Positions 52,040-64,000 of a stretch of DNA of 64,000 nt are shown piece after piece. How positions within the stretch are numbered: position 1 is the stretch's first letter; every line of letters starts with the position of its first letter. Source of the DNA: Thermoleophilaceae bacterium. GTDB taxonomy: Bacteria > Actinomycetota > Thermoleophilia > Solirubrobacterales > Thermoleophilaceae. The notes beneath the pieces were generated by a model. It did not search any database and was not told the origin of the DNA. It saw only the letters and a list, made by a program, of their open reading frames with translations. The stretch spans positions 606-64,605 of the forward strand of contig DATDLN010000046.1 of the NCBI GenBank assembly GCA_036519295.1, given 5' to 3'. Position numbers and translations under genes: made by a program.

Positions 52040-53695
52040 TCACCTGATCAGCGCTCCGGCCAGCGGGGGGAGGACCACGGCGCCGTCGTCGAGCTCGCTC
52101 GTGTGTGTGGCCAGCACGATCTCGCCGCCTGCGACCGGCACCCGCCGCGGCTCACCCCCGAAATTCATCGCCAGCTCGCACCGGCCGCGGCGCACTCGCA
52201 GCCAGCGCTCGGCCTCGTCGAAGGCGGTTTCAGGATCGTCGCGTGACAGCTCGCGGCGTGCCCGCAGCAGCTGCCGGTAGAGCGAAGTGAGGGCGGGATC
52301 CTCGCGGCGGGTGAGTTTCGAGCGCTCGAAGGTCTCGGGCGCCTGCGGGTCCGGCAGCTCCTCGCCGAAAGCCGCGAAGGCCGCGAACTCCTTGCGCCTG
52401 CCCTCGATCGTGGCCCGCGCGATGCGCTTCTCGATGTGATCGGTGAAGAACTGGAAGGGCGCCTCCTCGCCGTACTCCTCGCCCATGAACAAGAGCGGCG
52501 TGAACGGCGACAGCAGCGTGCAGAACGCGGCGAGCGGCCGCGCCTCGGCGGGCATGCGGTCCCCGAAAGCGCGGTTGCCGACCTGATCGTGGTTCTGGGA
52601 GAAGACCACGAACTGTTCGGGAGCGAGGTCGTCGGCCGGGGCGCCGACGCGGCGGCGTCGCACCTCGGACCAGACGCCGTCGTAGACGAAGGGGCGGTGG
52701 AAGGCCTTCGCGAGCTGTTCCACGTCGCCGAAGTCGCGGTAGTAGCCCTCTTGCTCGCCCGTGAGCAGGACACGGAGCGCGTGGTGGAAGTCGTCGGCCC
52801 ACTGGGCGTCCGGGCCGAGGTCGCGCACCGCCCGCGGGTCGTTGCGGTTCGTTTCGAGGATGACGAGCCCGTTCACGCGCGAGGCCAGCTCCGACAGCAG
52901 ATGGCGCGGGCTCGTGTCGATGATCGCGTGCACCGCATCTAGGCGCAGGCCGTCCAGGTGGTAGTCGCGCATCAGGCCGGCGGCGCTCTGAAGCGCCCAT
53001 TCGCGCACGCCGTCGCAGCCCGCGTCGTCGTAGTTGATCGCCTTGCCCCAGTCGGTCTCGTAGCGCTCGCTGAAGTAGGGCCCGAAGGCCTTGAGGGTCC
53101 GCACCCCCGACGCGCCGACGTGATTGAGCACGAGGTCGAGCACCACTCCGACGCCCTCGGCGTGGGCGGCGTCCACCAGCCGGCTCAGCCCCTCGGGGCC
53201 GCCGTAGGCGTGATGGGGCGCCCGAAGGTAGACGCCGTCGTAGCCCCAGCCGCGCACCCCGGGGAACTCTGACACGGGCATCAGCTCGATCGCGGTCACC
53301 CCGAGCTCCCGCAGGGAGCGCAGATGCGGGATCACCCCGTCGAACGTGCCCTCCGCGCTGAAGGTACCCACGTGCAGCTCGTACAGGACCAGGTCTTGCA
53401 GCTGCACGCCTGCCCAGTCGTGGTCCGTCCAGCGGAATGCTGATGTATCCACGACGCGCGATGGCCCGCGCAGGCCCTTCGGCTGATGGCGCGACATCGG
53501 GTCTGGATGGCGGCGGCCGTCGAGGACGAGCCAGTAGTCATCCCCCGGCGCGAGGTCGAGTACTCCCTCCCAGATTCCGTAGCCCGCGAGTTGGAGGTGA
53601 TCGACTGTGTGGGCCCGGGGCGCCCACACACGGACCTCCACCCCGCCCTCCGGCCGGGGTGTCGCCCCCAGGGGGCGCTCGAAGGGGTATTTCAC
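52040..53695 (-). CDS. treZ: malto-oligosyltrehalose trehalohydrolase
   Basis: C-terminal 551 aa of ORF 52040..55117 from GTG 53695 (GTGA overlap with the glgB stop). YELHVGTFSAEGTF...WGYDGV...VLDLVLNHVG...DGLRLDAVHAI...VILETN...SQNHDQVGNR. Confidence 0.85.
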   Translation of the reverse strand: MKYPFERPLGATPRPEGGVEVRVWAPRAHTVDHLQLAGYGIWEGVLDLAPGDDYWLVLDGRRHPDPMSRHQPKGLRGPSRVVDTSAFRWTDHDWAGVQLQDLVLYELHVGTFSAEGTFDGVIPHLRSLRELGVTAIELMPVSEFPGVRGWGYDGVYLRAPHHAYGGPEGLSRLVDAAHAEGVGVVLDLVLNHVGASGVRTLKAFGPYFSERYETDWGKAINYDDAGCDGVREWALQSAAGLMRDYHLDGLRLDAVHAIIDTSPRHLLSELASRVNGLVILETNRNDPRAVRDLGPDAQWADDFHHALRVLLTGEQEGYYRDFGDVEQLAKAFHRPFVYDGVWSEVRRRRVGAPADDLAPEQFVVFSQNHDQVGNRAFGDRMPAEARPLAAFCTLLSPFTPLLFMGEEYGEEAPFQFFTDHIEKRIARATIEGRRKEFAAFAAFGEELPDPQAPETFERSKLTRREDPALTSLYRQLLRARRELSRDDPETAFDEAERWLRVRRGRCELAMNFGGEPRRVPVAGGEIVLATHTSELDDGAVVLPPLAGALIR

Positions 53696-55911
53696 TCGGG
53701 AACCAGCCAGACGACACCGAGCGGAGGCAGGGTGACCTCTGCCGAGAACGGCTGCTCGTGCCAGCCGATCGGCTCCGCCTCGATGCCGCCGAGGTTGCCG
53801 CTCTCGGAGCCGCCGTAGAAGCCGGAGTCCGTGTTGATCGCCTCGCGCCAGCGGCCCGAGCGCGGCAGGCCGAGCCGGTACCCGGGACGCGGCGCGGGCG
53901 AGAGGTTCGCCACGCAAACGAGCACCCGCTCCCCGTTCTTCGAGGCGCGGGCGAAGGCGAGCACGTTCGCGCCTGCGTCGTTCGCCTCGAGCCACCAGAA
54001 GCCGGCCGGGTCGAAGTCCTGCTCGTATAGCGCCGGCTCGGAGCGAAGCACACGGTTCAGGTCGCGCACGAGCGCCTGAACGCCGGCGTGCTCCGGCTGC
54101 TCGAGCAGGTGCCAGTCGAGGGAGCGCTCGTGGCTCCACTCCGCCTCCTGAGCGAGCTCGCCCCCCATGAACAGCAGCTTCTTCCCGGGGTGCGCCCACA
54201 TGTATGCGTAGAGGGCGCGCAGATTGGCGAGCTTCTGCCAGCGGTCGCCGGCCATCTTGTCGTAGAGCGAGCCCTTGCCATGCACGACCTCGTCGTGCGA
54301 CAGCGGCAGCACGAAGTTCTCGGAGAAGGCGTACATGAGGCTGAAGGTGAGCTCGTGGTGGTGGTAGCGGCGGTAGATCGGGTCGCGCTGAAAGTAGTCG
54401 AGCGTGTCGTGCATCCAGCCCATGTTCCACTTGAATCCGAACCCGAGCCCGCCCAGGTAGGTCGGGCGCGACACGCCCGGCCAGGCGGTCGACTCCTCGG
54501 CCACCGAGAGGATGCCGGGCTCGCGCCGGTGGAGCACCTCGTTCAGCTCCTTCAGGAAGCGCACCGCGTCGAGGTCCTCGTTGCCCCCGTACTCGTTCGG
54601 GACCCATGCGCCCTCGGGCCTCGAGTAGTCGAGGTAGAGCATCGAGGCGACGGCGTCCACGCGCAGCCCGTCGGTGTGGTATTCGCGCGGCCAGAAGAGA
54701 GCGCTGGATAGCAGGAAGTTGCGCACCTCGTTGCGCCCGTAGTTGAAGATCAGCGTGCCCCACTCCGGGTGGGCGCCGCGGCGTGGATCCGAATGCTCGT
54801 AGAGCGCGCTGCCATCGAAGCGGGCCAGCGCCCAGTCGTCGCGCGGGAAATGTGCCGGCACCCAGTCGAGAATCACGCCGATGCCGGCCTGGTGCAGGCG
54901 GTCGACGAGCGTCCGGAAGTCGTCGGGGCGGCCGTAGCGCGCCGTGGGGGCGAAGTAGCCCGATACCTGGTAGCCCCAGGAGCCCAGGAACGGGTGCTCC
55001 ATCACCGGCAGCAGCTCCACGTGAGTGAAGCCCATGTCGTTCACGTAGGCGGCCAGCTCCTCCGCCAGCTCCGCGTAGGTGAGGGAGCGGTTGCCCTCCA
55101 GCGGGTTGAGCCGCCACGAGCCCAGGTGCACCTCGTAGATCGAGACGGGCTCCTCGTGCGGCCTCGACTCACGCCGCCGCTCCATCCACTCGGCGTCGCC
55201 CCACCGGTGGAGAGGCCGGTGCACCACCGAGTCCGTGCGCGGCGGCACTTGGGTCTGGAAGGCGAACGGGTCGGCCTTCATGCGGATCTCGCCGCTCTGG
55301 GCGAGGATCTCGAATTTGTAGGCGGCGCCCTCCTCGACGCCCGGCAGGAAGATCTCCCATATCCCCGAGGTGCCGAGCGAGCGCATCGGGTTGAGGCGCC
55401 CGTCCCAGCTGTTGAAGTCGCCGACCACGCTCACCGCCCGGGCCGAGGGCCCCCAGACCGCGAAGGCCGTGCCGGTCACCCCCTCGTGCTCGCGCACGTG
55501 CGCCCCGAGCCGCTCGTAGATGTCCTCGTGACGGCCCTCACCGGCGAGGTGCAGGTCGAGCTCGCCGAAGGTGGGGGGGAAGGCGTACGGATCGAGCACT
55601 GTGAAGGTGTTGCCGTCCGGGTAGCTCACCTCGAGCTCGTAGCGAAGCGGCAGCTCGGCGCCGTCGACCAGGCCCTCGAACAGGCCGGCGGGGTGGCGCT
55701 GCTCGAGGGCGACCGGCTCGCCGCCGTCGAGTCGCGCGAGGACCTTCTCAGCCGCGGGCCGAAACGCACGCAGCACCACGCCGCCGTTCGAGGGATGGGC
55801 GCCGAGCACGTGATGCGGATCGGCGTGCTCGCGGCGAACGACGAGCTCGATCTCGGAGGCGAGGGCCGAAGCATCCGGCTCGGCCGGATGCGCAGGGTTC
55901 GGCGTCATCAT
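53692..55911 (-). CDS. glgB: 1,4-alpha-glucan branching enzyme
   Basis: 739 aa. FAVWGPSARAVSVVGDFNSWDG...WGYQVSGYF...ILDWVPAHF...DGLRVDAVASMLY...AEESTAWPGV...LSHDEVVHGKGSL. Confidence 0.95.
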   Translation of the reverse strand: MMTPNPAHPAEPDASALASEIELVVRREHADPHHVLGAHPSNGGVVLRAFRPAAEKVLARLDGGEPVALEQRHPAGLFEGLVDGAELPLRYELEVSYPDGNTFTVLDPYAFPPTFGELDLHLAGEGRHEDIYERLGAHVREHEGVTGTAFAVWGPSARAVSVVGDFNSWDGRLNPMRSLGTSGIWEIFLPGVEEGAAYKFEILAQSGEIRMKADPFAFQTQVPPRTDSVVHRPLHRWGDAEWMERRRESRPHEEPVSIYEVHLGSWRLNPLEGNRSLTYAELAEELAAYVNDMGFTHVELLPVMEHPFLGSWGYQVSGYFAPTARYGRPDDFRTLVDRLHQAGIGVILDWVPAHFPRDDWALARFDGSALYEHSDPRRGAHPEWGTLIFNYGRNEVRNFLLSSALFWPREYHTDGLRVDAVASMLYLDYSRPEGAWVPNEYGGNEDLDAVRFLKELNEVLHRREPGILSVAEESTAWPGVSRPTYLGGLGFGFKWNMGWMHDTLDYFQRDPIYRRYHHHELTFSLMYAFSENFVLPLSHDEVVHGKGSLYDKMAGDRWQKLANLRALYAYMWAHPGKKLLFMGGELAQEAEWSHERSLDWHLLEQPEHAGVQALVRDLNRVLRSEPALYEQDFDPAGFWWLEANDAGANVLAFARASKNGERVLVCVANLSPAPRPGYRLGLPRSGRWREAINTDSGFYGGSESGNLGGIEAEPIGWHEQPFSAEVTLPPLGVVWLVPE

Positions 55912-57261
55912 CGTGCGGGCACCTCGAGCAGGCGCAGGATGCTTGCCACGGGTATCCGTACCCAGTCCGGGCGGTGGTTCAGCTCATAGCGCAGCTCGTA
56001 TACCGCCTTCTCCAGCTCGAAGACCGATAGCAGCTGCTCCACGCCCTGTCTTCCGGGCGGCAGCAGCGAGGGATCGGCGAACTGGAGATAGGCCTCGAGG
56101 AACTCCTCCCGGGCGCGCGCCTCCCAATCCTCCGGCGGCGGGACCTCGGATGCCGTGACGGCGTATGCGAACGAGCGCATCATCCCCGCGACGTCGCGCA
56201 GGGGCGAGCGCTTGCGCCGCCGTTCCGGCAGCGTCCGCGCCGGCTCGCCCTCGAAGTCGAGCACCACCCAGCCGCGCCCGGTCAGCATGGTCTGGCCGAG
56301 GTGGTAGTCGCCGTGCGTGCGGATCACCTTGCCCGCCGTGCCGATATGGGTGAGGAGCCGAAGCTGCTCGCGCACCTCCTCGCCGCGCCCGGCGATCGGC
56401 TCCGCCGCTTCCTCGTCGGGGAGCTCGAAGAAGATCCGCTCGATTTCCTCGTCGACGGTCGCGGTGAGGAGCCCCAGCGACTCGCTGCTCGGCTCCTCGG
56501 GGGCGAAGGCGGGATCGGTCGCGTCCGAGCCGAGCACGGTGTGGAGCTCGCCGGTCACCTCCCCGAGCGAGCGCACCCGGGCGAGGAAGGCGTCGGGGTC
56601 GCTGCCGAGCTCTTGGAGGGCCAGCTCCCAGCCGTCGCGCGCGTCCGGCAGGAACTCCTGCATCACCCCGAGCGTTGCCTCCATCAGGGTGCCGGTGTAC
56701 TCGTACCAGCCCGCCAGCGCCGGCACGTTTGCGAACTCGTGCTCCGTGAGGAAGCGCAGCAGCTCGAGCTCCGGATTGATGCCCGCCTCTACGCGGCGGT
56801 AGATCTTGAGCGTCAGGGCGTCGCCGAAGACCACCGAGCTGTTCGACTGCTCGGCGCCCATGGTCCTCACGCCGGCGCCCGATCCCGGATCGTATGCGCC
56901 CTCCACCCAATGGAACTCGCTCACGGCGTCTTCGGATTCGAGCCGCGCGTCACGGCGCATCAGGTCGAGCAGGGCGAGCGACTGGCCCGGGTCGCTCAGG
57001 GCGTCATATACCGTGAGCCCGTCGGCCTTGGTGATCGCGCCGTTTGCCGCGCCCCTCCGAAATCCGACCGGCACCTGGTACACCTCGTGCGTCCCGGGCG
57101 CAAAGCGAGCTTCCACGAGGACGGATGCAAGCGGCTGCTCGTCGAGGCGCAGCGGGACGACGTCGAGCACTCCCATATGCACGACCTCGCGGGCCTTGGA
57201 GCCGAACCAGCGCTGGGCCAGGACCCATTCCTCGAGCCCCCGCTCGTCCAGCGGCGGCAGG

Positions 57262-57272
<11 letters not shown>
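55908..57272 (-). CDS. mak: maltokinase (Pep2/Mak)
   Basis: 454 aa. [13 protein letters not shown]..., [18 protein letters not shown], kinase-like [13 protein letters not shown]...[13 protein letters not shown]...[13 protein letters not shown] overlap with glgB. Confidence 0.85.
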
Positions 57273-59036
<1,764 letters not shown>

Positions 59037-59040
<4 letters not shown>

Positions 59041-61172
59041 GCGGCCGGCCTCAGCACATGGGCCATGCGCTCGGCCGGGCCGAGGCGCACGTAATTGCGG
59101 CCCAGCCGCCAGTCGTAGCGCCCTCCGTCGAGCGTGTCCTCGACCGCGAACGCGGGCGGCAGGCCGAGCCAGGCCGGCACCACGGCCACGCCCTCCTGCG
59201 GCACGTGCGGATCGATGCAGACGACGACGATGATCACGTTGTCGCCCCAGCGCTTGTGGTACGCGATCAGCCCCTCGTTCTCGGTCTCGAGGAAGGTGAT
59301 GTTCGACAGGTGCTGGAGCGCGGGGTTCTCGCGACGGATTCGGTTGAGTCGGGCGACCGTCGGAAGCAGCGGCCCGTCCAGGTCACGCCGCTTGATTTCG
59401 TACTTCTCCGAGTTCAGGTACTCCTCGCTGCCTGGGGCGAGCGGCACGTTCTCGAAGTGCTCGTAGCCCGAGTAGATGCCATAGGTGGGGGAGAGGGTGG
59501 CCGCCAGCACCAGGCGCGCGACGAAGGCGGGCGGCCCACCGTGCACCAGGTACTCGTTGAGTATGTCCGGGGTGTTCGCGAAGAAGTTCGGCCGGCAGTA
59601 CTCCTGCATTCCCGAGTAGGCCAGCTCGTGCACGTACTCGGTCAGCTCCTGGCGCGAGTTCTTCCAGGTGAAGTAGGTGTAGGACTGGCTGAACCCCGCC
59701 TTGGCCAGCGCGCGCAGCTTGACGCGCCGTGTGAAGGCTTCGGACAGGAAGATCACGTCCGGGTAGCGGTCGCGGACCTCGGCGATCAGCCACTCCCAGA
59801 AGGGCAGCGGCTTCGTGTGGGGGTTGTCCACGCGGAAGATGCGCACGCCGCGCTCGACCCAAACCATGAGCACGTCCCTGAGGGCGTTCCAGAGGCCCCG
59901 CCAGTCCTCGCAGTCCCAGTTGACGTTGAAGATGTCCTGGTAGCGCTTGGGCGGGTTCTCGGCGTACTTGAGCGTGCCGTCCGGGCGCCGGTTGAACCAC
60001 TCGGGATGCTCGCGCAGCCAGGGGTGGTCCGCCGAGCACTGGATCGCGAAGTCGAGCGCGATCTCGAGCCCGTGCTCGCGCGCCTCCCGCACGAGCCGCT
60101 CGAATTCCCCGAGCGTCCCGAGCTCAGGGTCGATCGCGTCGTGGCCGCCCTCCTCCGAGCCGATCGCCCACGGGGAGCCGGGATCGCCCGCTGCCGCCTC
60201 GAGCGCGTTGTTGCGGCCCTTGCGGTTTGTGTGCCCGATCGGGTGGATGGGCGGGAGGTAGAGCACGTCGAAGCCGAGCTCGGCCAGCCTGGGAAGCCGG
60301 CGCCTGATCCCCTCGAAGCCGCCGAACGAGCGCGGGAACAGCTCGTACCAGGCTCCGAAGCGCGCCCGCTCGCGCTCGACCTCGAGCGGGAGGACGCGGT
60401 CGAGCCGCGTCGCGTCGTGGCGGTCCGGATGGCGCTCGACGGCGGCGAGCAGCTCGGGTCCCAGCACTGCGTCGTGCTTCGCCTCGTCGGGCGTCTCGTC
60501 GTCGGCCAGCGCGTGGAGCACGTGCTCGATCAGCCGGCGATCCGCGCCGTTGGCGCGATCGCGCGCCTCCTCGAGCAGCACCACGCCCTCGGAGAGCTCG
60601 CCGCGGAGGTCGTGCTGGCCCGCCTCCAGCTTGCGGCGCAGCTCGTCGCGCCAGGTCGCGAGCAGGTCGGACCATGCCTCGAACGTGAACTCCCAGCGTC
60701 CCACGCGATCGACTTCGAAGGCGCTTGCCCAGCGGTCCCCGTCCACCTCGCGGTCGATCCACCGCATCGGCGCCTCGCGCCAGTCCTCGTCGCCGGGACC
60801 GCGGTAGCGCACAACCGCCCGCATGATCTCATGGCCGTCGCGGAACACGTCCGCCGACACGTCGACCCACTCGCCGACCGTCCGCTTGGCAGCGAAGCGC
60901 CCGCAGTCGATCATGGGCGCGGGGCTCAGGACCTGGATCCGCGGCGGCGCGGTGCGCTCCGCCGGCCGCGGCAAGACCGACCAGTCCTCTCCGGGCGCCT
61001 CGAGCGGGTGCTCGGCGGCGGACTCGACTCGAATGCGGTCGTCGGACGGCGCGGGAGGCGGGGTGTCGGCCGCACCGGAGCGGGCGCCCGGCCCGCTTTC
61101 GGCGGGCCGCTTCTCCTCCGCGCGCGACCCCTTGGCTGAACCGGAGTGTTGGGTTCCGCTGGATCGGGGCAT
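59037..61172 (-). CDS. glgE: alpha-1,4-glucan:maltose-1-phosphate maltosyltransferase
   Basis: 711 aa. [10 protein letters not shown]...[21 protein letters not shown]...GSPWAIGS...[14 protein letters not shown]...[10 protein letters not shown]...FLSEAFT. The N-terminal ~66 aa are low-complexity. An alternative in-frame TTG at 60974 would give a conventional N-terminus. Confidence 0.9.
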
Positions 61173-61191
61173 TCAGTGCCGTAATCCCCAA

Positions 61192-62451
61192 ATGACGGTC
61201 TGGTCAACCAGCGCTCGCTCGAGCGGCGTCCAGCTTCACCCCACCTCGCTCCCCGGTGGGCGCCTCGGCGACGAGGCGTACCGGTTCGTCGACTGGCTGG
61301 CCGCGGCCAGGCAGACCTGGTGGCAGACGCTACCGCTGGGTCCGCCGGGCGAGGGCGGATCGCCCTACAAGTCGCCGTCGGCGTTCGCCGCCTCCGCGGA
61401 CCTCCTCGCCGACTCGGCCGCGCCCGTGGCCGCCGGCGAGCTCGCCGCCTTCCGCGAGCGCGCGGGCTACTGGATCGAGGACTGGGAGCGCTTCGCCGGC
61501 GAGGGGGCCGCCGAAGATCAGCTGCGCTTCGACCGCGAATGGGGGGCTCTGCGTGGCTATGCGGCAAAACGCGGCGTGCGCCTGATCGGCGACATGCCAA
61601 TCTACGTCGCGCCCGGCGGCGCCGACCACCGCACTCACCCCGAGTTGTTCCTGAAAGGCGTGGTGGCGGGGGCGCCGCCGGACAAGTTCACCGATCGCGG
61701 GCAGCTCTGGGGCAACCCGCTCTACGACTGGCCCGCTCTGCAACGGCGCGCCTACCGCTGGTGGGTGGAGCGGTTCCGACGTGCCCGGGAGCTGTTCGAC
61801 GTCTGCCGTATCGACCACTTCCGCGCCTTCGTCGCCTATTGGACCGTGCCGGAGGGGGCGGCGGATGCGCGCGCCGGGCACTGGCGCCGTGGGCCGGGAA
61901 GGGCGCCCTTCGACGCCGCCCGCCGACGCCTGGGCGAGCTGCCGCTGATCGCAGAGAACCTGGGCAAGATCACGCCCGCCGTGGAGCGGCTGCGCCGCGG
62001 GCTGGGGCTGCCCGGAATGGCGGTGCTCCAGTTCGCGTTCGACCCCGAGGAGCCCGACAACCCCCACCGGCTGCACAATCACCGTCCCGACAACGTCGTC
62101 TACACGGGGACGCACGACCACGACACGATCCGCGGATGGTGGGACTCCCTTGACGGGGAGGTGCGGCCCGAGGTCGAGTCGGCCATCGCCCGAGCCGGCG
62201 TCGAGGACGAGCAGCCGTGGTGGGCGCTGATCCGGCTCGCCTACGCGTCGCCGGCGACCGTAGCGATCGTCCAGATGCAGGACGTGCTGGGGCTCGGCGG
62301 CGAGGCTCGGATGAACGTCCCCGGCCTCGTGGACGAACGCAACTGGGGCTGGCGCCTGAAGCGCGACGCCCTCACCCCCCAGCTGGCCGAAAGGCTGCGT
62401 GAAGCGACCGCGGAGGCCGGCCGGCTCAGGCTTCCTGCTCATCGCGCTTAG
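61192..62451 (+). CDS. malQ: 4-alpha-glucanotransferase (amylomaltase), compact form
   Basis: 419 aa from ATG 61192 inside ORF 60823..62451. GVQLHPTSLPGG...WQTLPLGPPGEGGSPYKSPSAFA...IGDMPIYVA...WGNPLY...RIDHFRAFVAYW...IAENLG...GTHDHDT...MNVPG. Confidence 0.85.
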   Translation: MTVWSTSARSSGVQLHPTSLPGGRLGDEAYRFVDWLAAARQTWWQTLPLGPPGEGGSPYKSPSAFAASADLLADSAAPVAAGELAAFRERAGYWIEDWERFAGEGAAEDQLRFDREWGALRGYAAKRGVRLIGDMPIYVAPGGADHRTHPELFLKGVVAGAPPDKFTDRGQLWGNPLYDWPALQRRAYRWWVERFRRARELFDVCRIDHFRAFVAYWTVPEGAADARAGHWRRGPGRAPFDAARRRLGELPLIAENLGKITPAVERLRRGLGLPGMAVLQFAFDPEEPDNPHRLHNHRPDNVVYTGTHDHDTIRGWWDSLDGEVRPEVESAIARAGVEDEQPWWALIRLAYASPATVAIVQMQDVLGLGGEARMNVPGLVDERNWGWRLKRDALTPQLAERLREATAEAGRLRLPAHRA

Positions 62452-62493
62452 AGTGCGGGCGTCGTGTTAGGGGTCGCCGGCGCGTGTCTGGTG

Positions 62494-62883
62494 CTACGCG
62501 CCGCGCGGCGCTGAATCCTCGAGCACGACCCGCATCAGGTCGCGGATGGAGAGCATGCCCACGACCTCGTCGCCCTCCATGATGGGCAGGTGCCGGAAGC
62601 CGCCGTGGATCATCAGGACGGCGGCGTGCTGGGTCGACTCGTCCGGCTCCATCGTCTCCGGGTCGGGCGTCATGAGATCCGCGACGCGCGTGCCATCGTC
62701 GATGCCGCGGGCGACGGCCCGGAGGACGTCGCGCTCGGTGACGATTCCGACGAGCTTCTCGCCCTCGGTGACGAGCGCGGCGCCGACGTCTCGGGACACC
62801 ATGCGCTCGGCCACCTGCTTCAGCGGATCCTCGGGCGCAACCGTCAGGAGGTTCCGCGACATCACCTTGCGAGCGACCGGCAC
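62494..62883 (-). CDS. CBS-domain pair protein
   Basis: 129 aa. Two CBS motifs: VMSRNLLTVAPEDPL...VGIVTERDVL and LMTPDPETMEPDES...VVGMLSIRDL. Confidence 0.85.
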   Translation of the reverse strand: MPVARKVMSRNLLTVAPEDPLKQVAERMVSRDVGAALVTEGEKLVGIVTERDVLRAVARGIDDGTRVADLMTPDPETMEPDESTQHAAVLMIHGGFRHLPIMEGDEVVGMLSIRDLMRVVLEDSAPRGA

Positions 62884-62978
62884 GCGGTGACTCTACGTGA
62901 CAGCGCGTTTGCGTGGTTGCCTACGCCCTCTCCGCCGCGGCCCACGGCGAGGGGTGGCGCCGCGGGTAGAGTCCCGCC

Positions 62979-63947
62979 GTGCTCGATCCGACCGAACGCT
63001 GGCGCCGTTACCACGGCCACGACTGGAAGGCCTCCTGGGCGGGCCTGCTCACCTTCGCCGAGCTTCCCTACACCGAGGATCCGAAGGAGCTTGAGGGGGT
63101 CGACGTCGCCGTGGTCGGCGCGCCCACCGATGAGCTCGTCACAAACGCGCCGGGCACGCGCTTCGGCCCGCGCGCGATCCGAGCCGCCGGCCCCACAACG
63201 GCCTACCACCTGGAGACGCGGGCGGACTGGTCCGAGACCCTGCGCGTCATCGACTACGGCGACGCCCCCGTCGTGCCGGCCGACGCGGCCGCGTCGCACC
63301 GGGCGATCGAGGACACGGTCAGCGAGATTGCGAGAGCCGGGGCAATCCCCATCGTTCTGGGCGGAGACCACTCGATCACGGAGCCCGACGCACGGGCCTG
63401 CGCCGCCGTCCACGGGCCCGTCGGTCTCGTCCACTTCGACGCGCACACCGACACGGCGACGAGTCTCTACGGCCAAGAGCTCTCGCACGGCACCCCGATG
63501 TACCGGCTCGTCGAGCAGGGGCACGTGACTCCGGAGCGCTACGTCCAGATCGGACTGCGCGGCTGGTGGCCCCAGGAGCCCGAGCTGCGCTGGCAGGCGG
63601 AGCGCGGGATCACGAGCTTTCTGATGCACGAGGTGGCGCGCCTGGGCGTCGACCGGGTAGTCGCGCGGACTGTCGAGATCGTCGGGGACGGCCCGGTCTT
63701 CCTCACGGTCGACGTCGACGTCCTCGACCCCGCGTTCGCGCCCGGCACGGGAACCCCCGAGCCGGGCGGGATGACGCCGCCCGAGCTTCTCTCGGCCTGC
63801 CGGACCGTCGCCGAGCGGCTCCGGCTCGTCGGGGTGGACGTCGTCGAGGTCGCGCCGACCGGCCTCGGAGACCGGACCGCACTGGTGGCCGACCGAATCG
63901 TTCGCGAGGTGCTGACCGGAATCGCCCTCCGGCGCGCCGCGGAGTAG
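62979..63947 (+). CDS. speB: agmatinase/ureohydrolase family protein
   Basis: 322 aa. Mn-binding motifs GGDHSIT, HFDAHTDT, TVDVDVLDPAFAPGTGTPEPGG. Confidence 0.85.
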   Translation: MLDPTERWRRYHGHDWKASWAGLLTFAELPYTEDPKELEGVDVAVVGAPTDELVTNAPGTRFGPRAIRAAGPTTAYHLETRADWSETLRVIDYGDAPVVPADAAASHRAIEDTVSEIARAGAIPIVLGGDHSITEPDARACAAVHGPVGLVHFDAHTDTATSLYGQELSHGTPMYRLVEQGHVTPERYVQIGLRGWWPQEPELRWQAERGITSFLMHEVARLGVDRVVARTVEIVGDGPVFLTVDVDVLDPAFAPGTGTPEPGGMTPPELLSACRTVAERLRLVGVDVVEVAPTGLGDRTALVADRIVREVLTGIALRRAAE

Positions 63948-64000
63948 CGGTCGTACCGCGCCCTCAGGGACAACTCAGCTGGCCCGCGTAGGCTGCCTAC

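Overview
This is a very GC-rich segment with strong GC3 bias, many GTG/TTG starts and frequent 4-nt stop/start overlaps. It looks like an actinobacterial-type chromosome (class not assignable from sequence alone). I saw no rRNA, tRNA, CRISPR array, transposase or integrase. The content falls into four blocks.

1. **~0.4-19.9 kb: choline -> glycine betaine -> dimethylglycine/sarcosine catabolic island.** It holds a dimethylglycine/sarcosine dehydrogenase co-transcribed with etfB, etfA and an EtfD-like membrane Fe-S oxidoreductase. It also holds a GntR regulator; a metF + DmdA-like GcvT-family + 2OG-oxygenase operon; a cNMP/CBS/DUF294 nucleotidyltransferase with a DEDDh exonuclease; and a betaine-type substrate-binding lipoprotein, an APC permease, an aldehyde dehydrogenase and BetA.
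2. **~20-29 kb: miscellany.** Genes here are a frameshifted BNR-propeller protein, an APC permease, a nucleotidyltransferase-fold + metallophosphoesterase pair, and a RibD_C/DHFR-like protein. Also present are an ArsR-AHSA1 pair, a GntR regulator, and an ECF42-type sigma factor with a YCII/DGPF partner.
3. **Beta-ketoadipate genes split into two loci.** pobA/pcaIJBC-pcaR lies at 29.2-34.5 kb and gntR-pcaHG at 44.3-46.3 kb. Between them is a ~10.5 kb wedge with an orphan 831-aa membrane/TPR-like protein and several decaying genes.
4. **46.7-62.5 kb: consolidated alpha-glucan/trehalose supercluster.** It runs glgE-treS-mak-glgB-treZ-glgX-treY-GT4 on one strand with divergent malQ, followed by a CBS protein and an agmatinase.

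The most notable observations are these:
- An AT-rich palindromic motif (GATAT[A/T]TCAG) recurs in front of four transcription units of the choline/betaine island.
- A candidate THF-dependent route may fill the missing betaine demethylation step.
- Several tightly coupled genes lack canonical start codons.
- Frameshifts and indels recur across the window, so either the assembly has errors or the genes are decaying.

All family assignments come from reading motifs in the supplied translations. No database search was possible.
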